Shown here piece by piece: positions 11,701 through 23,700 of a DNA stretch of 64,000 nt (positions are counted from its first letter, which is position 1; each line of letters starts with the position of its first letter). Both the position numbers and the translations under genes were made by a program. The notes below the pieces were generated by a model, which saw nothing but the letters and a program-made list of their open reading frames with translations, made no database searches and was not told the origin of the DNA. This stretch comes from Macrostomum hystrix (Eukaryota > Animalia > Platyhelminthes): NCBI GenBank assembly GCA_950097015.1, contig CATNEN010000034.1, positions 2,604,001 through 2,668,000 on the forward strand, written 5' to 3'.

Positions 11701-14700
11701 AGTTACGATGGTGTGGGGAAAGCTTTGCAATTGAACCAGTAACTGGCGTATTCGTTAAAGTACAGACAACACACAGAAAGCTTAAATGGTACGCCCGTAA
11801 ATATAGACAGCAGAAGCAAAATAAGCAAAAGCAAAAGCATAAGCATTTCCAGGTTTGAAAACTAAAAATAGCTTCGATGTGTTACAGCTTCTACTCTTAG
11901 TGGCATGCGACGAACAGTTGTATTAAAAAATGACTACACCCAAAGTTTTCTGGTACAGTGGACCGAGGCAAGAAACGAAATACTTAGTATGAATATATTA
12001 TATATAATATGACGTTGTAATAATAAAATACTACGAGAATAATTTAGAAAGAAAACGGTGGAAGCAAAAAATACTAATCACAACGTTACGATCGTATTTC
12101 TGCGCTTTAAGCGGCAACGCCATTTTAAACTTTTTCGCTAGCAGAAATCGAAAATCGCAAAGATGTGCTGTGCTGTACCCTGTACTGTATATATAGAGTT
12201 GTTAACGCTTAAAGAACATGCAACCAAAAACCCATTTTCTAACCCAAATCGGATGAACAATTTTTCATTTTATCACGCCTCGGACCGCCGAAGCATAGCC
12301 TAGCTTTGAACAACCATAGAATAGCTGCACCCAGCACCCCATTTTCTCACCCCAGTCGGGTAGCCCTGACCAGCCCCGAAATGGCTGCACCCACCACCCC
12401 ATTTTCTCACCCCAGTCAGCCCTGACCAGCCCCGAAATGGCTGCACCCACCACCCCATTTTCTCACCCCAGTCAGCCCTGACCAGCCCCGAAATGGCTGC
12501 ACCCACCACCCCATTTTCTCACCCCAGTCAGCCCTGACCAGCCCCGAAATGGCTGCACCCACCACCCCATTTTCTCACCCCAGTCAGCCCTGACCAGCCC
12601 CGAAATGGCTGCACCCACCACCCCATTTTCTCACCCCAGTCAGCCCTGACCAGCCCCGAAATGGCTGCACCCACCACCCCATTTTCTCACCTTAGTCGGG
12701 TAGCCCTGACCAGCCCCGAAATGGCTGCACCCACCACACCATTTTCTCACCCCAGTCGGGTAGCCATGACAAGCCCCGAAATGGCTGCACCCACCACCCC
12801 ATTTTCTCGCTCCAGTCGGGTAGCTTTAACCAGCCCAGAAATGGCTGCATCCTCCACCCCATTCTCTCATCGTTACAGTGCAATTCAGTCTAGTACGACA
12901 GTAAGTAGGCGTAGCTAATCTACTACTTATAGTTACTTTAGTGCCAGCTACAAGAAACTACAACAAGAGCATACGAGACTAATACAGAGTTTGGATTTCG
13001 ATCTCTTTTAAACTGTCTCTTTACCCAGCTCCTGCAGACCGCCGATCTGATTTCCGCCAACGCCGCTACCGCTTCCGGTGCTTCCACCGGAAACGGCTCG
13101 TTGGCGCGACTTTTTGGCACTTCCGGATGCCTGCTGCTGCTGATGCTGCTGATCCGAGCGGGAGCTCCGTCTTGGTGGTCCTCTACTAGGACTGGCAAGG
13201 ACTAGGGCATTTAGGGATTCGATTTAGGGATGAGAGTATTGGAAGATTTGAGATGAGTTAAATTATTAAATGATTTCCTGTTCGTGGATTTTAGCTGAGG
13301 AGGTGCAGGTGCCAATATTTGTGCTTTTCTTGTGTGCAATAAAACCTACTTCTTGTTGTTTATTGTTTCTCTACAAAAGCTGACAGACATTCTTGAATGG
13401 CACGGTTTAGCCGGCCTTCCGAATTTGATTGGACGAGCAGGGGCTTGTGTTGCTGCTATATTTAGCTTATCTTGAGGGGAATCCCTTCTTAACTAGCTGT
13501 TAAGCCAAGCACGTGACTGATCTCAACCAATCAAATTTGGAAGACCATTTTGCAGTGTGGCATATATAGTTTTAATGTACATTAAATTTAATCCAAAAAA
13601 ATCTGCGATCATGGGTCAATGGTGTATTTTTATGGTGCCCGAACATTATTTCAGCAAGTGTAGTCATTGCGTGGGACTTCTGTGCTAAACAATGTGGCCA
13701 AAGCAATAGAGATTTTTTTTAACTCTCGAATGAGACGAAGAATGTGTCAGGGTTGAGACCCGAAAAGGTGGAGGGTCCTGGGTGCTTGTGGCAGTTGACA
13801 CGGCAATACGGGTGCGTGAGCGCAGAGCGAGGAAAATCAATTATCGAAAAACAAGCAGTTAATCATGCACAGCCGAGAATTCGTGTAAAAATGGACTGCT
13901 ATTGCGTTTTTGGACATTTCACACTTTCAACATGCTTATAATGATTGGGTTTGTTTACCTTCCAACTCTTTGCTGTCATCTGCTGGAAAATGATTGACAT
14001 TTAACAGTGATGGATTTAGAGTGTCAGTTCAAACGAAATGTTAGTAAAACAGTAGTATTAATTGTCAATATGTGTACAAAAATTAACAACTAACACAGAC
14101 CAAACTAAATCGATCGAGTGTATGTGCTCTTCTATACTCAAAATCAAGTCCGCGGTGCAAATTTGTGAAGCAATATTCAAACTCTGCTACTGACTTGCAC
14201 ATAATTGTAAGTAGTAAGTTTTGAAATAATACTGTTTTGAAAATCACGAACTTAAACCTCGACCCTGTCTCACCATTCGGTGTCTCCTCTGTCTCCTCTA
14301 CCGAGGCCGCCGCAGCCGCAGCGTTAGCCTCCTCAGCCAGCTCCAACTCCAGGTACTCGGTTGGCAGGTTCTCGAACGTCACCTCATCTTCGTAGCCTTC
14401 GCCGACCTGAATTTTCGGAGGAAAGCAGCAGAAAAATATCATTAATAAATAGCAAAGCTAATTAGATTCTTCCTAACAATAAAACTCACCAGGTGCACAA
14501 TGGTGTCCTCGTATTGGTTGTCCACTACGGCCACTTTGACCTGGGCGCTGGAGCGTTGCACCTGTCTGGGCCGGTAGATGGCGTCCAGTTCGGCCTCCTG
14601 GCCCGGCTCCAACATCAGCGCGGCCGTGTGCGGGTGACGCGATGTGCCAGCCGCCTGATGACCTGTGGGTAGGAAAAAAATCTTCATGATATTCGCAGCC

Positions 14701-17700
14701 AATAGGAGTGAGGCAAAGGGTTAGAGAATTTCAGGGCGGAGTGGGGTGGCTGAAACAGTCGGAACGAAGGTTTTTGGTGATGTACACCAGTCTAGAAGGG
14801 GTTGTTGCGAAGGTGGGCGTGAATTTTAACACACAAGCTCACCATCCGAAGCCCCGTAGGTCATCAGCGCTCGAGTTTCGGGCACCGCTGGCTCCAACCT
14901 GAAGCAGCCGTCCGGATCCATCAAGTCTAGATGCAGCCGAGCTGGCAGGCTGCCGTCGTTGCACAGCGCCATTCGCAGCCGCTGCTCTCTGCCAACCAGC
15001 AGCTTGCGGAACAGGCACAGCGGCTGGCCGCGCTTGTTGCGCGCCGTTGGTCGCGAGACGGACACCCGGGGCAGGTTGCCTTCGCCGGCTAGCTCAAATG
15101 TGAGGCTGCGACCCTTGGCCAAGCTGACTGGACCGCTGATTGCCGCCTCGAACACCGCCGTGAAGTTGTGCATCGACGGTGGACTAAAGTGCACGGTAAC
15201 AAACGTGTGGCCGCTGGCCGGAATCTGCGCCTTCACCGGTTCCAGCTCGAACATTTCAACGCCTGGCGCTGTTCCGCCCGCGCCGACGCCTCCTGTGGCC
15301 GCCGACGAGGACTTTCCGCCACCGCCACCGCCTCCACCGCCGCCAGCGACGCCGCCGGCTCGCTGAGAAACCGGTCGCAGGCCGAATGTCACGTCGACAT
15401 TGATGCGCGTCGGGTTGGACACGCGGAATCGGGCTGAGGAGCGGCAGCCGACCAGCACGCTGTTGAAGACGAACCGATTCTCCGCCTCGCCGTAGACTCC
15501 GCCGTGTCCGGCTGGCGAGTACGCGTTGTACAAGCTGAGGCTGCGGCAGACTCGGTGCTCCTCGAAGATGCTGGACCAGTCGGTGGTGTTGATGATGGGA
15601 ACGAAGGCTTCGCCAACGAGGCGGTAGCGAATGCCGCCGTTACCATCTCTGCGCAAGGGGTTGGTTTTGCTCATAGTATTGACTTGTGATTGCGATAATA
15701 CAATCTTTATTTTCAATAACCTACCGATCCAAGGCTGGATCGCGATCCGCAATGTCAATCAGCAGCTCTTCATCGCAGCGGCCCTCGGATTCGGCGATAA
15801 AGTCCACCTGCACAACCTTGGCTGTGCCGGGTGGCACCAGGTCAGCAGCCGGTTGAATCTGGAAGGCACCCGCCTGCAGCTTGCCTTGACCGCCCGCTTC
15901 GGCTCTGAAAGATTCGATTTATCGATTTATGTTTATTTTGATCTAGTCTGAATGTTTCACTATAAATTAGCCAATAAGAAGGATCGAAGAATCCAGATTG
16001 GTTGGCCTCGCACAGTGAGTCAGCGGGGGACAGGAAATCGGGGGACGAAAAACTGACAAATCTCTATAAATATATTAAATATGAGTTGTTGGACCAGCCA
16101 ATCAGCTTAGAGCGATCAGAGGACCGAGCGTTGAAACGAAGTCATATATTACTATAGAGAACCACAATAAAGGCTGCATTTTGTCACTGTCAAATAAAAC
16201 AAAGAATAAAGGAAGACAGAAACAAAAGATTACCTAAAGATTATGTTTCAGTTCTTTTAAGATTAATAAGTTGAAATGAAGGAAGATAGTTTATCTCGCA
16301 TGCCAGCAAGGTAGGCAAGACTAGGAAAATTTTATAGTCAGACACTTAAAGATAGCTTAAAAAAGGCAAGGCTTTTTGGAAGGCTTTTGTGACAGACCGA
16401 ACTCGATTCCAGCTGACGCGAGACGACAAGCCGCGGTTCGGCTCGAGAGTTTTTGGCTCGCTGTAACAAAAGTTAGCAATTATCTGCATTTCCTAGCTTT
16501 AATAAAGCCGAAGGAAAGAAATGCATTTTTTTAAACAAAAAAGCCCCTCTTCGAAGGGCAGCTGCTACAAGGTTCTTTTAGTGGAATTAAGTAGTGATAA
16601 TAAAACTGCAGATGCTAAAAGGTTAGTGTTAAGCATGACGCTATCTTCGTTAATCCTCAGCTTCATCGCGTCATTACGGGGGTGGGCCTCAAGTTACTGA
16701 CCTGATGGCTTCCACCTTTTTCGGCTTGACCACTGAGCGCCCGGAGCTGGAGCCGTCACGTGATTTGGCTCGCTTATGAGGTGCTGGCAGGCTGTGAAAT
16801 TTAGAAATTAGAAAAATTGAAAGTAAAAGTAAAAATAACAAAATCGGTGAAGGAAGGTAAGGTATATCATAAGAGATGTGAAGTTTTAGACAGCACATAG
16901 GTGAGCGAATGTCACAAAATGCAGGCGTGACAGGCAGATTACACAAGAGAGTGAGGTTGCCTATCTTCTCTGTCGGGCTATTGAAATTTTTCTTGTGTGA
17001 TTTAAAGCGGCGTAGATTAAATGTTAATCATTGATAGTCTCTGGACACGGGATCCGTTGCACTAATCTATTTACATTCTACTAAGACCCTTGCTGTAGTT
17101 GGCTCCCTTGCCAAATTGGCCAGGAGCTCGACTAGGAGCGGCTAGGCTGGCTCGAGATGCCAACAGCTGCTGCTGCTGCTGCTGCTGCTGTAAGCTGTCG
17201 CCAAGTCCACCAGGAAGGATTTCAGCAGTTGGCTGTTGACTGTAAGGTGATGTCTAATTGTCTGTGCGTGTTCGCGAAACCTGCCCTCTTGTGATTTTTC
17301 CTTGCTTCTCTATTCATTCTACCCCTGAGCGTACAAATCCGCGAGGAGCTATTTATAGAAGAATGTACATTCTAATTGACTACATTCTCTACCCTCCTTG
17401 GGCGAGTTGCTATTTATAGAACAATGCACATTCTAATTGATTACATTCTCTACCCTCCATGGGCGAGTTACTATATATAGAACAATGTACATTCTAATTG
17501 ATTACATTCTCTACCCTCCATGGGCGAGTTGCTATATATAGAACAATGTACATTCTAATTGACTACATTCTCTACCCTCCATGGGCGAGTTGCTATATAT
17601 AGAACAATTTACATTCAGTTTTAACACGAACATGAAACATTAACAAAGCAAAGAGTGAAACAACATTTGATTTCCAAAGACTCAGTAGATTCAAGTCATA

Positions 17701-20700
17701 AATGACGATGGTAAAAACAGAACGGGTTCACACAGAAAAATTAAACAACAAGCAGGTCAAATAACACAGGACATTGCGTGTTCAACCACCAACAGTGGCA
17801 ATATGCACTAGTGTAAGGGTGTGCCATCAAACAGACACAAAACGATATCACATGCGAACTGTATGACAATATCTAGGAATTTATTCTTAGCCACATAGAG
17901 ATAGTCTGCGTTCTCACATATTAAGATAGTATTAATAATTATGTCACTTTTCGAACGGACAATATGCAGCTAAGTCCAACTAAATGATGTGGGAACAGGT
18001 CCACGGGACATACTAAGCGAAAACTGACTTGTCAAATTTGGTGCTTAGCTTTGTCCAGTTGACTGCGCTGGTTTTGTCGAGTAGAGGGTAAAGGGTGAGC
18101 TATTGTAGATAATGGGTTGGCGATGATCTACTCACAAAATGTATTGTTCTATCAAAACAAGTCTAAAGAAGATGGCGACATGAAAAAGCATGCGAAAGTT
18201 GTTCGTATTTAGCTAAATTATTCATAGTTTTAATGCCCATGTAACAAAGCATTTAATAAATTTCATAAGCGATCCGACTTTGAAAAACAACAAAAAATTG
18301 TATCACTTCAAAACAAATCTCTATATGCGTTGTTATTATGCGAGTGAAAATTCGCGCGCCAAAAACAAAAATGTTTGATTTCTAATAAATATTTTGTAAC
18401 TTCGAGAAAGATTCGGCCTGCCCGCCTACCCCTGCAGTGGCGGAGCCATGATTGTGTCGCTAAAAATCAAGTTCGGAAAAATTATGGGATAAGAAAATGA
18501 TATTTTCATCCTTATAGCGCCATCGAAAAGTAAAAAAGTACTAAAAGGCACATTAAATTGTTCCGAGTGATCATCGATACTCACCCTTTGCCTCCCTTGG
18601 CGGCTGTAGCCGCGGCGGCAGCCATGGCCTCCTTAACTTTGGGATCCTCAACTGTCTTGCGCGTTATGACAAACCGGAATTCGTGCTGGCCGCGGTTCTC
18701 AATTTGGAATGAGCGGGTCTTGCGAGCCTGCACCATGACCGCGCCGAAATTCAGATCAGACGACGGCGAGATGACGAACTTTGAGTACACCGCCTGGGCG
18801 CTGACCTTCACTGGAATGGAGGCGATCAGCTCGCCACTGTCTCCCAGGGACGGCTCGATTACCTCGCAGAACAGCAGCTCCTGCAGCTTGACGGACACCT
18901 CGCGGCTGGAACGGAAGGTGATGTTGATCGGCACGGTGCGATCGTTGGGCAGCAGGATGCCAGCGGCCGGCTGGATGTCGAAGAGTTCCTCCAGCTTGAT
19001 TGGCGCCTTGCAGCGGCGACAATTTCCGCTAGTTTCGTCTGTTCGGCAGCGGCATTTCAGCACAAACCGGTAGCGAATCTCGTAGCTGCCTTTGTTCTTC
19101 AGGCTCAGTTGAACTTTCTCTTCTTCGCCAACTTTTTTAACGCCGAAGTCCACGGAGCCGTCGTTGCCCTTTGGAAAGCTGAGGTCGATGGCCACGTCGT
19201 AGGCCTCCGCAGAGATGTTCACAGTGAGTGTCTCGAGTACGCCGAGGATGTTGTCAACATCGAATGTTTCGATGCGAATGGAGCGCTTCTGGCTAAGTTT
19301 GTAGGGCCGCATTGCTCTGAAGAAGAAGTTCACGCAGCCCTCGGATTTCGGCTCCAGAGTGCCGGAGTCCTGGTTCACGGAGAAGTCCTCGCCGAGAACC
19401 TCGAGGCCGGAGATGCGCCAGTTGATGGGCAGGGAAGTTTCATTTCGCATGAAGAGCTGCTTGACGTCCTTGCGCTGGAGCAGCACCTTCTCAAACTGCA
19501 GGGCGGTCTTGTCCAGCAGCAGCTTGGGCCGGACGCACTCGCAGGCGAGGCGCAGCAGGATTGGCTCGGGGTTCTCTCGCACGCAGGCCACAATGGCGTC
19601 TTCGTAGCGCAGCTCCTTGAGCGGGTGGGCCCACACGGTGAGTGGCTGCGACTCGCCAGGCGCCAGGGTCATGGCGCTCGGCTCGAACGAGAATGTTTCA
19701 CCCTTGACGTCGCTCAGGAGACAGAAATTTATGTCAGCCTCCATCGGGCTGGAGTTGTGAATGGTGAAGGTCTCGCGGTTCTCCGGATAGACGCCGTCCT
19801 TGATCTTGTCCTTGGTCTTGCCGACCAGCAGCGGCCCGAACTCGAACACCTCGGTGGCCAGGATGTACTTCTTGCTGATCACCTCGTCTTTGGCCTTGGC
19901 CTTGCGGCGCTGCGGGAACAGGATCCTGGGCTCCCGGCTGATGGTTGGGAAGGCGCACAGGCCGCGGCAGAACAGCTGGTAGCGGGTGCGCCAGCCCTGG
20001 ATCTCGAAGTTAAGGGTCTGGTCGAACTGGCCGAGATCATCGGACATGAAGCGGGTGCGGATTCGAACCACGCCGTTCGGCGGTATCACCCAGCGGTAGG
20101 TGCCGATCCTGTTCAATGTTAAATAATGGGATAATGCAGATTCTGTATTTAGGTTCTGTGTTTGCTGAAGCAAACGAATAAATGAGAAAACAAATGAGTA
20201 TGAAAAAACAAAAGAAAAGCCAGATTTGCTACTCGCTAAGTAAGAAAATCAACAGAAAACACGCTAGAAAGTTTACCTACCAAGAGAACAAAAATCTAAC
20301 CAAGTAGAGTTACAAAAAGCAGAGTCAGTTTGAAGCGCATTTAGAATTACACAGACAAGGCTAGCTGTATAAAAACTAATTGATAAAAAATGAAACCCCG
20401 CTAGTCTTACGGCGGTTCCGGCTTTTCAAGTTCGCCTGCTTCCTCAGCAGCTACCGAGCTGTTTGGTGGGAGAGTAAAACTGTTTTCTTTCAAAGCAGCG
20501 TTTCAAATTGAATGCAAAGACAATGAATGGTTGGATTTCTAACGATATCATTCTAGTTTAGTCTTTGTTGTCGTTAGTATAAAACAGCAAATATGTCATT
20601 ATGGTGAAGAAGGCGGGACAAATGAATTAATTTAGGGCTTGTTACGCATTTTGCGATATTGGGGACCACAGCCAAATGTGTGTTGAGAGTGAACACTGCC

Positions 20701-23700
20701 TGACGATGAGAAAATCGGGGCAGATGCACACACCTGTTTGAGAACGTGCCTAAGTGTACTCAGGAATAAACTCAGGACTCTTTCTCATGCCACTCGGGAC
20801 AGTCGGGCGCACTCACCTGGGCTCCTCCTTCTTCTCTTCCTCCTCTTCCACCTCCTCCTTGCCGGCTTTGCCGCCCTTCTTTCCCGGACTCTTGCGCGTG
20901 TCGCGTCTGGACTCCGAGCGACGACTGCTAGACTTCGTGGAGCCGCCCAGCTTTGAACTGGACGAGTGCATGTCCTTGGCGTCTGACACCACCGACCTGG
21001 TGTCGCTTGTCTCCTCGCCGGCTTCGCCCGACGGGTGCACGCCGGCTGCGGCGGTTGTCGGCGGCGGCGCGTTCGGATCCTCGACCTGGGAGCCCAGGAA
21101 GGCGTAGTGGCCTCCGAGGGCCTCGCCAGCCAGGTAGTTCGGCGGCCGGCGCTTCTGCGGATAAGTCACCACGGAGAACAACGCGTCCGGCGGCTGCGGC
21201 GGACCCGACGGTCCCAAGCCGAGGCCGTCGAGAATTTCGCCCGGCTGTGGCAGCTTGCCGCACTCGAGCAGCCGAGGACCGGGCGGATCCTCGGGACAAT
21301 GATAGACTATCAGGTGCGGCACTCCCAGACCGTCGTCTGGGCGGCGCAGCTCCCGGATGAAGCCAGGCTCCGGTGTGCCTTCCGCGGCTTCGGCCGCTGC
21401 AAGAGCCTCCGCCTGAGCTGCTGCCAGAGCCTCAGCTTCGGCTGCCTCGCGAGCGAGTCGCTCGACCTCCTTGGCGTCAGCCTTGCCGCCCTTCTTGCCA
21501 CGACCGCCGCCGCCCGCGCCGCCTCCACCGCCTCCGCCGCCACCGCCCTTCTTGCCAGAGGTGGCACCGGCGTCCTCTCCGCCAGCGGCTCCGGCCTGAC
21601 CATCAGGGCGGCCCTCCGAAGGCGTCGCCGGCCGTCGAATCGCCAGGCAGCTGCGGTCCCAGTAGGCCAGCAGGTCGATTACATTTTTCACTTCGTGCTC
21701 GAAGGTCTTGAAGCGCTGTCGCAGCAGACGCTCTGCCTGCTTCACAGGGTCGTCAGCCTCCGCTGCGGCCTCCGCGGCTGCCGCTGCCGCCGCGGCCTCC
21801 TCTTCTCGCAGCTCCTCGGATTTGGAACGCTTCTTGCGCTGCTGCTGCTGCTGCTGCTGCTTTTCCTGGTCGGACTTCTCCGTGGCGTGGCTCTCCGGCC
21901 TGGTGTCTTCCTTGCCTTTCAACAGCGAGGCCTCCTTGGTGACCTCCTTGCTCTTGCCACCCGCAGCTGCTGCCGCGGCAGCAGCCTTCGCCTGCTGCTG
22001 AGCTGCCTTGGCTGTGAGGGACGAGGGATTATGGAAAAGCGAATTGTCAAAAATTTCAACACTCATCGTTAGGCAAATGTCCCTATTTTAGAATTTATCC
22101 AATTCAGAATTTATCCCTATTTCAGAATCTATACCCATTTCAGAATCTATCCCAATTTCAGAATTTATCCCAATTTTAGAATTTATCCCAATTTCAGAAT
22201 TGATCCCATTTCAGAATTAATCCCAATTGCAGAAATTATCCCCATTTCAGAAATTATCCCCATTTCAGAATTCATCCCCATTTCAGAAATTATCCCCACT
22301 TCAGAATTCATCCCCATTTCAGAAATTATCCCCATTTCAGAATTCATCCCCATTTCAGAAATTATCCCCACTTCAGAATTCATCCCCATTTCAGAAATTA
22401 TCCCCATTTCAGAATTCATCCCCATTTCAGAAATTATCCCCATTTCAGAATCCATCCCCATTTCAGAATATATCTGCATTTGATAATCCATTATAACACA
22501 TCCCCATTTCTTAATCTATCCTATTTAAAAGTGCGGGAAAAATCCCACCGCCCACCTTTGTCATCCCCACCAGCTGCCGGCTTTTTCTTCCGCCGATTTT
22601 TCTCCTCCTCCATCTGGCGCAGCTGGGCCTCCATGCGCTGCTGCTCCTCTTCAATCTTTCTCTTCTTCTCTTCCTTTTCTTTGCGTCGGCGTTCTCGTTT
22701 GATCTCAAGCCTCTTGGCGTCGACCGCCTCGCGCTCGGCCTCGGTCAGGGCCTCGTACTCGTCCTCGTCCATCTCCTCCAGGCGCCGTCTCTCCTCCTCG
22801 GCCTCGCGCTGCTTTCGCTCCTCCTCTTCGGCCTCTTTGCGGGTCTATTTTTTTAGATCGAGTCAATTTTAGCTTACACGTGCATGTCATACTACTTATT
22901 TATAACATGCATGTGTAAGTGTCAGTAGGAAGTACGAGCATGACAAAATGCATACTTTTTAATTAAACAAAAATCCTACACACCTGTCGATCCTTGTAGG
23001 CGGCAAAGTCCAGCTTTAGTGTGACGAAAAAGATGAACTTTCGATTGTTCAACGCTTTCAGCACGCACTGAAGCGCCGCGGTGGAAGTGTTGCAAAAAAG
23101 AGTGTCAAGACTGTCAATAACAATGCCCTTTGAGCAGTCGTTAAGCTGGAATCTGTCCGAGAGCAACTCAACTAGGATCTCCTCTGGCAGCACAGTGGAC
23201 AGAAGGCCGTCGTCGCTTGCCGAAATGCTCAGTTTTCGAGCGATCGGCGCGGCTAATGGTGGCGGACTGGATGGCACCTGGTGAGCAGTGGGTTGGGGTG
23301 GTAATTTTGTGATCGGCTGGCAGAATGGGGTTGGGAAGATTGTGATTGGCTAACAGGATATGGGATTGTGATTGGCTGGCAGGATGACGATTGTGATTGG
23401 CTGGCAGAATGGGTGATTGTGATTGGCTGGCAGGATTGGGGACTGTGATTGGCTGGCAAAATGGGTGATTGTGATTGGCTGGCAGGATGGGGAGACTGTG
23501 ATTGGCTGGCAGGATTGGGGACTGTGATTGGCTGGCAAAATGGGTGATTGTGATTGGCTTGCAGGATGGGGAGACTGTGATTGGCTGGCATGATGGGGGA
23601 TATTGTGATATGATTGGTTGACCCAAGCCTAACATTCACAAGACAACATAATTAGTGAGTTAGTGACTAGAAAACATTTTCTGGAATTCTTCGAAAAAGG

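Noticed and set aside
12100-12215. Short imperfect inverted repeat (CTTTAAGCG...CGCTTAAAG) as a possible MITE
   Set aside because: Only 9-14 bp, with no target-site duplication and no second copy in the window.
18558-22072. Long plus-strand ORFs antisense to HYDIN exons (e.g. 19109-20122, 21035-22072)
   Set aside because: Shadow ORFs expected from GC-rich codon usage on the opposite strand; no recognisable protein features.
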